A stretch of DNA of 64,000 nt from an uncultured bacterium (GTDB lineage Bacteria; Acidobacteriota; HRBIN11; JAKEFK01). The notes under the pieces were generated by a model, which did not search any database, was not told where the DNA came from, and saw nothing but the letters and a program-made list of their open reading frames with translations. Both the position numbers and the translations under genes were made by a program. The stretch covers positions 576,001 through 640,000 of the forward strand of contig CAVZQN010000001.1 in assembly GCA_963777505.1 (NCBI GenBank). The letters are read 5' to 3'. Below are positions 19,980 to 28,707 of this stretch, in pieces (the first letter of the stretch is position 1; every line of letters begins with the position of its first letter).

Positions 19980-21056
19980 TTAAAGTGGAAGGCTGAACCA
20001 GAATGTAGCTCCTCCGCCCGGATTATTAAGAACACCAATTTGTCCGCCATGCAGATCAATCATTTGTTTTGCTATGGAAAGACCTAAACCCGAACTCTTC
20101 TCTCCGCCGGTGGGTTTGTTGCTCAGCTTTGCATATTGATAGAAAACTTTATTCATATCTTCATCCGTTAAGCCTGCACCGGAATCGGAGACTTCAAGTA
20201 CGACTGAATTTGAATCGGTTCTTGTTCGTATGACCACACGTGATCCACGCGGCCCAAACTTAATTGCATTGCTTACGAAATTACGAACCACTTGAGTCAA
20301 ACGAGCAGAGTCCGCCTGGATTAAAGGCAATTCAGGATTTAATTCAAGAACGAGTTCCACTCCTTTGCTGGCTGCATACTCATTGTTGCTGTCTATTGCA
20401 TCATGCGCGATATCGTTCAAACTAATGCCTGCTTTATTGAGGCTTAGGCGGCCGTCTTGCAGAGCCTGAAAATCAAGAAAGTCTTCGATAATATTTTGCA
20501 TCTCTACAGATCGTTTTGTGATTTTGGAAAGCAACTCGTGTGCTTCTGGCGTCATTGTCGATCCAGGCGGCACATGTCGCTGGACCATTTTTACGGTTCC
20601 AAGAACAACTGTAAGAGGATTCTTCAAATCGTGAGAAGCAATCCTAAGAAAATCATCTTTTAATTTTGACAATCGCTTCAAAGCAAGTTGCGTTTGAACG
20701 CGAGCCAGTACAACTGGAAAATCGAGTGGTTTGGTCACGTAATCATTGGCACCGAGTTTAAGCGCGGCAACAATGTCTTCACTCTGATCTTTTGCCGTTG
20801 CCATGATGATTGGCAAATCCGCAACAGTGAAAGTTTCACGTAACTTCTTTAAAACCTCCAAACCACTGATTCCAGGCATCATGATATCAAGCAATATTAG
20901 GTCGTATTTTTCACCTGCGATCTTATCAAGTGCAATGTGTCCATCTTCCGCAACTGACACGGAATAACCCTGCTTCTTTAAACGCCGGGAAAGCATATCG
21001 CGATTGTCTTCGTTGTCATCCACAACAAGGACGCTGGCTTCTGTAGCAACGCTCAT
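19980..21056 (-). CDS. Cytoplasmic hybrid kinase (REC-HisKA-HATPase)
   Basis: VVDD..LLDIMMP, SHDLKNPL, NFVSNAIKF, DSGAG, GLGLSI. Confidence 0.92.
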   Translation of the reverse strand: MSVATEASVLVVDDNEDNRDMLSRRLKKQGYSVSVAEDGHIALDKIAGEKYDLILLDIMMPGISGLEVLKKLRETFTVADLPIIMATAKDQSEDIVAALKLGANDYVTKPLDFPVVLARVQTQLALKRLSKLKDDFLRIASHDLKNPLTVVLGTVKMVQRHVPPGSTMTPEAHELLSKITKRSVEMQNIIEDFLDFQALQDGRLSLNKAGISLNDIAHDAIDSNNEYAASKGVELVLELNPELPLIQADSARLTQVVRNFVSNAIKFGPRGSRVVIRTRTDSNSVVLEVSDSGAGLTDEDMNKVFYQYAKLSNKPTGGEKSSGLGLSIAKQMIDLHGGQIGVLNNPGGGATFWFSLPL

Positions 21057-21431
21057 TTATTTTCCCTTTGTTCCTAGTAAATTTTCGATTTTAGAAAGCA
21101 ATCGCGTTAGTTCAACCGGTTTTACATCATAATCATCGCATCCTGCTTCCATTGCTTTTTCGCGATCACCCGACATTGCATGAGCTGTCAACGCGATAAT
21201 CGGAATGGCTTTTGTCGAATCCATTGATTTCAACTTGCGCGTTGCTTCAAATCCATCCATCACAGGCAGGCTAATATCCATTAAGACCAGCGCGGGCTGT
21301 TCCTTATCAACAACTGTAACTGCCTCTTCACCATTGACTGCAATCAGAACTTCATAGCCTTTGCGAGTTAACCTTCGCGAAAGCATATCCCTGTTATCTT
21401 CGTTGTCTTCCACCAATACTATTTTCGACAT
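21057..21431 (-). CDS. DivK-like single-domain response regulator
   Basis: VEDNEDNRDML, LMDISLP, ALTAHAM, KP. Confidence 0.92.
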   Translation of the reverse strand: MSKIVLVEDNEDNRDMLSRRLTRKGYEVLIAVNGEEAVTVVDKEQPALVLMDISLPVMDGFEATRKLKSMDSTKAIPIIALTAHAMSGDREKAMEAGCDDYDVKPVELTRLLSKIENLLGTKGK

Positions 21432-21483
21432 CGTCCCTCCCTACATTCGGCCTAACGTTAGTCCCCGCCGGCCATGCATTATA

Positions 21484-21564
21484 AACCACGAAGATCACGA
21501 AGAAGCACGAAGCGAGAATATTAAAAAAAGAAAAACTTCGTGGTACTTCGTGACCTTCGTGGTT
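21484..21564. repeat. Palindromic element of 3x CACGAAG and 3x CTTCGTG with 9-bp period
   Basis: AACCACGAAGATCACGAAGAAGCACGAAG, an A-rich spacer, then CTTCGTGGTACTTCGTGACCTTCGTGGTT. Confidence 0.85.
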
Positions 21565-21586
21565 AAAGAATTTCATTTTTTTCTAC

Positions 21587-22306
21587 TTATTTTTGCTGAT
21601 CTAGATACGGCTGAAACAGCATCCTGATTTCATCTAAATTGTCCTCCTCTAAAAATGAGGCTATATACGCGGCAACAGAATCAAGTGCGACTAAAGCATT
21701 CAAACTCGCATCTTTTACTTTGAGTCCACGCAGTCTTTTGAAAAAACTACGATTTACAATTTGAACCTCATTGCAAATTTGAAGAAGTTTCCTCAACTCC
21801 CAATCGGGCTTTTTTCCTTCACGCATTAAGAAGTATTGAGCGAACAAATACATACTCAAGACTCTGTATAAGGACTCTTCCATATTTGGAAACGGAAGTG
21901 CGACGCGCATCATCGGACGGAATTGGTCCATAATCGGACATCCACTCGTAACCATAAAAATACCTACAAGCGATTTAATTGCTTCTTGAAGAGGAACGGT
22001 CCCTATAAAAGTTCGACTGCCACTTTCAATTGAGATGTAGGTTTTTTCGTAAGAAACAAGATCCTTAAAATAATCGACCACATCGATGACACTCAAAGCA
22101 ATCGGACAATGTGGATGCTTTATCGCGTCGAGTGGACAGTTCGGGCACTTGTTGTATTCAAGCTGAGTCCATGAAGGTGGATTCTCAGGCCTTGCCGCTA
22201 TTAGTTTCAGAGTTCGCGGATCAAGAGTTATCAAAAACTCGCGAGGCGTACCCTTTGCAAAAGAGAATTTATATTTGAGAGTTAAATTCTCTCTATCTTT
22301 AGTCAT
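21587..22306 (-). CDS. Conserved Cys-containing hypothetical protein (DUF6901-like)
   Basis: WTQLEYNKCPNCPL..HCP and SGCP..FRPM..LPF motifs; family name recalled, not searched. Confidence 0.7.
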   Translation of the reverse strand: MTKDRENLTLKYKFSFAKGTPREFLITLDPRTLKLIAARPENPPSWTQLEYNKCPNCPLDAIKHPHCPIALSVIDVVDYFKDLVSYEKTYISIESGSRTFIGTVPLQEAIKSLVGIFMVTSGCPIMDQFRPMMRVALPFPNMEESLYRVLSMYLFAQYFLMREGKKPDWELRKLLQICNEVQIVNRSFFKRLRGLKVKDASLNALVALDSVAAYIASFLEEDNLDEIRMLFQPYLDQQK

Positions 22307-22347
22307 GTTCTAAAATCGAGCAAACATATCATTCACGTTTGGAAAGA

Positions 22348-25044
22348 TCAACTCAAAGTGCGAAGCTCACGAAGAACGTATTTGTTCAGGACTGCAGCAA
22401 GTTGCTCTCGTTGAATTGGTTTCGACATAAAATCGACAGCCCCGAGCAAGAATCCTTTGTTTCTATCTTCTTCCATCGTAATTAAAATTACTGGAATTTT
22501 CGCAAGATCAGGATCAGCTTTTAATTCCTTTAAAACATTCCAGCCATCGATGCCGGGCATTAGAACATCGAGCGTGATCAAGGCTGGCTGTAGATCACGC
22601 GCCAGGCGGAGCCCTTCTTCTCCACCCCAGGCAGTGACAACCCGAAACCCTTCACGGGAGATCATTCGTACCATCAAATCTCTTGCCGAACGATCATCAT
22701 CGATTACCAAAACAATTCCTCTTCCATCAGGAATTCCGTAAACAGTGCGATGGGCAGCCAAATCACTTGTAAATTCTGAAAGTTGTAATGCTTCTGTCTT
22801 CAAATCCAAAACAACTTCAGGCAGGCGAACTATAAACGTAGAGCCTTTCCCTTTTTCACTTTCAAATGTGATAGTTCCGCCCATCATCTGGCTGAAGCGC
22901 TTACAAATTACAAGCCCAAGACCGGCGCCGCCATATTTTCGAGTGGCAGTTTCGTCCACTTGTGAAAATGCGTGGAAGACTTTCGATTTTTGTTCATCAC
23001 TCATGCCGATTCCTGTATCGGTGACGCGAAAAATGATCCAGTTGGTTTCTTGATTTGATTCACGCAAAGCTTCTAATTTGATGGTTCCATTTTCCGTAAA
23101 TTTTCCGGCGTTGCTCAACAAATTGAGTAGCACTTGTCTGACACGTTTAATGTCCGCGCGCATTGAACCAATATCTGCGGAACAATCGATCTTCAAACTA
23201 TTGTTATTTTTTTCAACCAATGGGGCCGCAGTCGTGCCAAGATCTTCAATCATCATTGAGACCTTAAATGATTCGATATACAAAGCAATGTTGCCTGCTT
23301 CAATTTTTGATAGATCTAGAATATCGTTGATTATGCTAAGCAAATGTTTTCCTGCATCACGGATTTTTCTTAAATCAGGAACCAAATCATGCATTCCTTT
23401 GTCTTCTGCATCTTCATGAATCATTTCGCTATAGCCAATGATTGCATTTAAGGGCGTACGCAATTCATGGCTCATGTTCGCTAAAAATTGGCTTTTTGCA
23501 ATTGTGGCTTCTGCTAATTCGCGGCTTCGCTCGGAGAGTTTTGAATTCGTTTCAGAGAGTTTTGAATTTAGCTCAGAGAGCTTTTGATTTACTTCCGAAG
23601 TTTTCAAAGTTTGAGCAGTCAACTGAGTTGTTCTTTCCTCAACACGATTTTCGAGATCTGCGCGAAGCGTATCGAGTTCTGAATGAACACGAAAAAAACG
23701 ATTTGAGAGAGAAACAGCCATAGACAGAATAAAAATTGCGAAGCCGTATGGCATCAACCGGGAAGACTGAATCAGACTTCTGTCAACTGCAATGTCATTT
23801 AGGATAGTCGCAATCGTGATAATGAGACCGATTGCGATCGTTTTAGATTCAGGATTTCCCTTTACGGCATTTTTAATAATGAGATACAAAGGAATTGGCA
23901 AAAACAAAACAAGGGCAATCTCCCATATAGGAAGAAATATTAAGTTTAGTTTCAAGCCAGGAGTTAGACACAAAACTGCTACTGCGATGTTTAGAAATTG
24001 ATAAAAGCGCAAAGCTCCCGATATACGCCGGTTCAAAAGGATCCACAAGAATTGGATGAAAATTGGAATGACCAAAAACGCCGAGAAATATTCCAGCTCT
24101 TTTAGAAGCATGAAATTATCGGTTAATACAAATCTCCATTGAGATCGGAGGAACGTGTAGAATGCTGCACTAAAACCCGAGAGTAATCCAAACCACAGGT
24201 ATTCCTTTAAGTTTCGTCTGCGCAGATAAAGATGAATGTGATAGATGCCTACGAAAAAGAATAAAGTTGAAAGTAGAAGCGAGGGAATTTCTTGTAAGAA
24301 TCCTTGATGAACGAGCCATTCAACAGGACCTATTATGAACTTGCCCGCGTACGGGCCTCCAAGATTCGGATCTTTTTCTGGAGACTTCCAAACTCTTAAC
24401 GAAAGTACGATTGAACCATCTGCGGCAAACGACTCTGGAGGAATTTTGAAAGTAGCGATACGGTCATATTCCATTTTGGGGGAAGGTGGAAGATTACCTT
24501 TGCCTCCGATTTTGTATCCGCCTGCATATATTTCGTAGCTGCTGTCCACAAAACCAAGAGTTATTCCCGGATATAGGGAACGAAGTTTTTCGGGATCAAT
24601 TCGTATTTTTTTTCTGTACCATGCCATACCTGAATAGGCATAGTGACCCTGACGGCCCCATGGAATTGGGACATGGAGTTCTTGCCAATTCGCATCATCA
24701 AAACCAGGATCAGCCCACCGTAAATCGTCGCCTGTTTTGAATTTCCACTTATCTTGTAAATCAATTGACCAGCTGGATGAGGAAATTTCATGAGGTGTGG
24801 CAATCAAAAATCCTGAAGGAAAAACCAATGTGCACAGAACGAGTAAGCTCAGCGTGTAGCGGTTAAAACTTTGGCAGGATAATCCTATTGCGTTAATCCG
24901 CTGTAACTCTAAAATGAGATCCCCCCGGATTATTGTACAACTTTGAAAGGAGAAATGTTCAGAAGGCTTCATTTCCTCGTGAAGGGGTCTGTTTTGTTTG
25001 ACACTCGAGGAAAGCGTATGGTACTTTTTTACAGTCTGAAACAA
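22348..25044 (-). CDS. Hybrid histidine kinase: sugar-binding jelly-roll, 7TM (7TMR-DISM-like), HisKA, HATPase, REC
   Basis: WKFKTGDD..W..VP..W..YSGMAWYRK; 7 TMs; SHELRTPL; NLLSNAGKF; LDVLMP. True start is probably downstream of 25044. Confidence 0.88.
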   Translation of the reverse strand: MFQTVKKYHTLSSSVKQNRPLHEEMKPSEHFSFQSCTIIRGDLILELQRINAIGLSCQSFNRYTLSLLVLCTLVFPSGFLIATPHEISSSSWSIDLQDKWKFKTGDDLRWADPGFDDANWQELHVPIPWGRQGHYAYSGMAWYRKKIRIDPEKLRSLYPGITLGFVDSSYEIYAGGYKIGGKGNLPPSPKMEYDRIATFKIPPESFAADGSIVLSLRVWKSPEKDPNLGGPYAGKFIIGPVEWLVHQGFLQEIPSLLLSTLFFFVGIYHIHLYLRRRNLKEYLWFGLLSGFSAAFYTFLRSQWRFVLTDNFMLLKELEYFSAFLVIPIFIQFLWILLNRRISGALRFYQFLNIAVAVLCLTPGLKLNLIFLPIWEIALVLFLPIPLYLIIKNAVKGNPESKTIAIGLIITIATILNDIAVDRSLIQSSRLMPYGFAIFILSMAVSLSNRFFRVHSELDTLRADLENRVEERTTQLTAQTLKTSEVNQKLSELNSKLSETNSKLSERSRELAEATIAKSQFLANMSHELRTPLNAIIGYSEMIHEDAEDKGMHDLVPDLRKIRDAGKHLLSIINDILDLSKIEAGNIALYIESFKVSMMIEDLGTTAAPLVEKNNNSLKIDCSADIGSMRADIKRVRQVLLNLLSNAGKFTENGTIKLEALRESNQETNWIIFRVTDTGIGMSDEQKSKVFHAFSQVDETATRKYGGAGLGLVICKRFSQMMGGTITFESEKGKGSTFIVRLPEVVLDLKTEALQLSEFTSDLAAHRTVYGIPDGRGIVLVIDDDRSARDLMVRMISREGFRVVTAWGGEEGLRLARDLQPALITLDVLMPGIDGWNVLKELKADPDLAKIPVILITMEEDRNKGFLLGAVDFMSKPIQREQLAAVLNKYVLRELRTLS
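23531..23593 (-). repeat. Three 21-bp tandem repeats encoding heptads in the kinase coiled coil
   Basis: tcggagagttttgaattcgtt / tcagagagttttgaatttagc / tcagagagcttttgatttact, encoding NQKLSEL-NSKLSET-NSKLSER. Confidence 0.8.
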
Positions 25045-25072
25045 CTTCCACCATAGTAAAGGGGGGCTCTAC

Positions 25073-25804
25073 ATGGCGAAAAATCGTGTTTTAGTGGTCG
25101 ACGACGAACCCGATGTTTTAATGCTTACGTGTACTGCGCTTGAGGATGCAGGGTTCGATGTCATCCGCGCCAAAGACGTTCCCCAGGCCAAGAAACTTCT
25201 ACTTTCGGAAATCCCGGATGTAATCGTTACTGATCTGATGATGCCGGATGAAAGCGGGTACTCCTTAATCAAATATGTCCGCGAAAACTCGGGAATAAAA
25301 GACACTCCGATTGTTGTGACATCAGTACTTGATTCGGAAGCAGAAATTTATCAGCAGGGAGCTAATTCATATCTCCCAAAACCTTTTACACCTGAAGAAT
25401 TAATTAAAATGGTCAATGATCTTGTAAACAAAGAAGAAGTTCCTAAACTGCTTGAAAAAGCCAGAGACCTGATCAAAGACAAAAATTACACAGAAGCTCA
25501 AGAGTTACTCAGCCAAATTCAAAAAGGCGGTGGGGACGAATATTATCTGGCATTTGCTTCTTTTTATTTAGGAGAAATCAGCAAGCAATCAAACAAAGCG
25601 GAAGATGCTGAAAATCACTACAAGCAGGCAATTCAGAATAGCACTCAATTCTGGCGCGCTTACAATGAGCTTGGAAGCATTTATCACGCCCGCGCTGACA
25701 TAAGGCGTGCTCTTGCATACTGGGAAAAATCTTTGTTAGTGAATCCTGACCAAAAAGAATTAAAAGAAACGGTCAACCGGCTGCAGAAGGAAATCATCAC
25801 GTAG
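25073..25804 (+). CDS. Response regulator with TPR output
   Basis: VVDD..VTDLMMP..KPF, then TPR motifs (AYNELGSIY..ALAYWEKSLLVNP). Confidence 0.88.
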   Translation: MAKNRVLVVDDEPDVLMLTCTALEDAGFDVIRAKDVPQAKKLLLSEIPDVIVTDLMMPDESGYSLIKYVRENSGIKDTPIVVTSVLDSEAEIYQQGANSYLPKPFTPEELIKMVNDLVNKEEVPKLLEKARDLIKDKNYTEAQELLSQIQKGGGDEYYLAFASFYLGEISKQSNKAEDAENHYKQAIQNSTQFWRAYNELGSIYHARADIRRALAYWEKSLLVNPDQKELKETVNRLQKEIIT

Positions 25805-25892
25805 ATGGTTATCGCAGCCTCAAAGTGTGAATTCTTACTTCGAAAAATTTAGCATTCTCCAAAATAAGGAGGATGAGAGGGCGTGAGGGCAT

Positions 25893-26519
25893 ATGGGCGA
25901 GCGGCCAAAAGCTGCTTCTCTGCTAAGTCATTCGGTTAAGACTCCATTAGCATCAATAAAAGTCGCTGCGCAGCTTTTGCGCAAACATATTCAGAGTCAA
26001 TTAAGCGAAAAAGATACCGAACTCCTTGATGCTATCCTCCGCAATGCTTCAACACTTGAAGCCCGTTTGAATCGCATAATCGAACTTGCTACTCCCTGGG
26101 AAGATAGAATTTTCCTGGAACTAGAAGAATATCAACTTGAAGAAATCCATTCTTTGAGAGTTGATGGCAATCAATCATCAGCCGTCAAGGAAGAAAACAA
26201 GAATGTGCCGGATCCTAACAGAGTCGTGATTCATGCTGACCCTGAAATTGCTGATTTGATTCCAAAATTTCTTGACAACAGACAGAAGGACATTCTTGCG
26301 ATTGAATCGGCGCTTCAACAAAACGACTTTGAAACAATCCGGATGCTAGGACACAGCATGAAAGGAGCAGGCGGCGGATACGGCTTCAATGGTGTTACTG
26401 AAATCGGAAAGACGATAGAAGAAGCCGCCAAAGAAGAAAATTTGGATCGAATTCGAGAAGGAGTTCTGGAGCTTTCAGAATATCTGAAAAATGTTGAGGT
26501 GATATATGACGAGCAGTGA
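25893..26519 (+). CDS. HisKA(DHp)-like plus Hpt domain protein, no ATPase domain
   Basis: LSHSVKTPLASI at the N-terminus; LGHSMKGAGGGYG Hpt motif at the C-terminus. Confidence 0.8.
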   Translation: MGERPKAASLLSHSVKTPLASIKVAAQLLRKHIQSQLSEKDTELLDAILRNASTLEARLNRIIELATPWEDRIFLELEEYQLEEIHSLRVDGNQSSAVKEENKNVPDPNRVVIHADPEIADLIPKFLDNRQKDILAIESALQQNDFETIRMLGHSMKGAGGGYGFNGVTEIGKTIEEAAKEENLDRIREGVLELSEYLKNVEVIYDEQ

Positions 26520-28707
26520 TCGCCCGCTGGTCATGAGCGTGGAAGACAATCGGGATACGCAGCAATTAATTGAACGTTTGCTTGCAGGCAGAGGGTTTGA
26601 CGTTATTGTTGCGGAAAACGGGTTAAAAGGCCTTGAAATGTTAATTACGCAGAATCATCGGCCTGATTTAATTCTGCTGGATATTATGATGCCGGAAATG
26701 AACGGTTATGAATTCTGCGCAAAGCTTCAGGAAAACGATGAGCTCTCTTATATTCCAGTCGTATTTTTAACGGCATTGGGTGATGAACAGGATAAAGCAA
26801 AAGCATTCGCAGTTGGAGCAGTTGATTACGTCACAAAACCAATTTTCAAAAACAAATTATTAGAAGTAGTTGATAAACAGCTTCAAACGAAATCCAAATG
26901 GCGTGCTCTTCAGGAAAAATCCAACCGCATCAGCATGGTGGATTTTTTGAACTTCAAACAATTTTTGTTTGAGGAGCTTGGTCTTGCGTCAGAAAAGCGG
27001 GACAAACTTGCAAATCTTCCGGCTTCACATCTTTATAAATTCACAGTTGACCTCGGAATTAACTCAACGCGGCTCGCGCGTTACATTTCAGAATTTTTGA
27101 ACCTGAAGTATGTGCAATCGGTAAACTCTTCAGACTTTCAACTCGGTGTACTTCCTGCACCATTCTGCAGGATGAACAGTATTGTTCCGCTTCGTGATGA
27201 AAACGGAGCCGCGGCATTCGTACTGAGCAATCCTTTTAATCTAGAACTGCTTGACCATTTAAATTCGCTGACCGGCGTTCAGCAAAATTCACGATTGATC
27301 ATTACGGATCCCGAAGTCATTGCCGACATTTTGAATCCTGTTAAGGGACAAAGCGGCGCCGCAGTGGATCCTCTTGCTGCTGCACAGGAAAAATTTAAGA
27401 AAAGGCAGGAAGTTCAACCCACAGTCATCAACACTGATTCGGCAACCGAAGAATCGGAACCGATTATCCGCCTCGTCAATCAGTTTATTGAAAATGCTTA
27501 CACATCGGGCTCTTCCGACATCCATATTGAACCCTGGGAAAATGAAGTTGTTGTTCGCTACAGAATCGACGGCGATTTACGGATCGTAAATAGATTTGGC
27601 CCGCAAAATTTGATTTTGCCAATCGTTGCGCGTCTTAAAATTATGAGCAATCTTGATATCGCTGAAAGGCGCATGCCTCAAGATGGCCGTATCGTTTTTA
27701 AGAAGTACACCAAAAAGAATCTTGATTTTGATCTTCGTATTGCAACTTCTCCAATGAACTTTGGAGAAAAAGTTGTAATGAGAATCCTGGACAAACAAAA
27801 GTCCACGCTGCCGCTGGATAAGTTAGGATTTTCGGCGCGCAATCTGAAAGTCTACCGTGAAAAAATTCTAACGCCGTATGGAATGATTTTGCATGTAGGT
27901 CCAACCGGTTCCGGAAAATCGATGACATTGTACGCGGCCTTGAATGAAGTACAGAGACCGGAGATCAATATTCAAACTGTTGAGGATCCAATTGAGTATA
28001 CGCTTGCGGGTATTAATCAATTGCAAACGCACAAAGATATTGGACTCACATTTGGGCGCGCATTGCGTTCTTACTTGCGTCAGGATCCGGATGTAATTCT
28101 CGTTGGTGAAATTCGAGATCTTGAAACTGCCGAAATTGCCGTTGAAGCTGCCCTGACAGGTCATTTACTTCTTTCTACACTTCATACAAACGATGCACCG
28201 TCAACGATCACACGGCTCGTTGAAATGGGAATTGAACCATTTCTGGTGAGTTCAACAATTATTTGTGTTGTAGCTCAAAGATTGCTGCGCAAACTCTGTT
28301 CCGAATGCAAGGAACCTTTTGATGCGGATGAAGCACAAAAGCTGCTGGTTGGTTTAGACACGAAAATGGAGGTTCCTCTTTACCGCGCGAAAGGTTGCAA
28401 GGAATGCAATGGCATCGGATATAAAGGACGAATAGGAACACATGAAATTTTTGTGCCGGATGATGCTGTTCGTTTGGGAATCAGCAAAGGCACTCTCACT
28501 GCAGAATCTTTGAAGCGGATCGCCGTTGAAGAACTCGCGATGACCACACTCTATTGGGATGCAATGGAAAAGGTACGGAACGGCGTTACGACAATTGAAG
28601 ACGTATTATCGAAAATTCGCAAGGATGAATTCGATTCGCGTCCGGATTGGATGTTTGAACAATTTCAGATGCAGTGTCCCGCAAACCGCGACAAAGCACT
28701 CATTTAA
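26506..28707 (+). CDS. Receiver domain fused to a PilB/GspE-family extension ATPase
   Basis: REC (VED, LLDIMMP, LTA, KP); SDIHIEP, PQDGR, GPTGSGKS, RQDPDVILVGEIRD, HTND; CSEC/CKEC Zn motif. Confidence 0.92.
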   Translation: MTSSDRPLVMSVEDNRDTQQLIERLLAGRGFDVIVAENGLKGLEMLITQNHRPDLILLDIMMPEMNGYEFCAKLQENDELSYIPVVFLTALGDEQDKAKAFAVGAVDYVTKPIFKNKLLEVVDKQLQTKSKWRALQEKSNRISMVDFLNFKQFLFEELGLASEKRDKLANLPASHLYKFTVDLGINSTRLARYISEFLNLKYVQSVNSSDFQLGVLPAPFCRMNSIVPLRDENGAAAFVLSNPFNLELLDHLNSLTGVQQNSRLIITDPEVIADILNPVKGQSGAAVDPLAAAQEKFKKRQEVQPTVINTDSATEESEPIIRLVNQFIENAYTSGSSDIHIEPWENEVVVRYRIDGDLRIVNRFGPQNLILPIVARLKIMSNLDIAERRMPQDGRIVFKKYTKKNLDFDLRIATSPMNFGEKVVMRILDKQKSTLPLDKLGFSARNLKVYREKILTPYGMILHVGPTGSGKSMTLYAALNEVQRPEINIQTVEDPIEYTLAGINQLQTHKDIGLTFGRALRSYLRQDPDVILVGEIRDLETAEIAVEAALTGHLLLSTLHTNDAPSTITRLVEMGIEPFLVSSTIICVVAQRLLRKLCSECKEPFDADEAQKLLVGLDTKMEVPLYRAKGCKECNGIGYKGRIGTHEIFVPDDAVRLGISKGTLTAESLKRIAVEELAMTTLYWDAMEKVRNGVTTIEDVLSKIRKDEFDSRPDWMFEQFQMQCPANRDKALI

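Noticed and set aside
21484-21564. Possible mini-CRISPR or small ORF 21394..21576
   Set aside because: Units are 9 bp and inverted, with no spacers or cas genes; the ORF is just the translated repeat.
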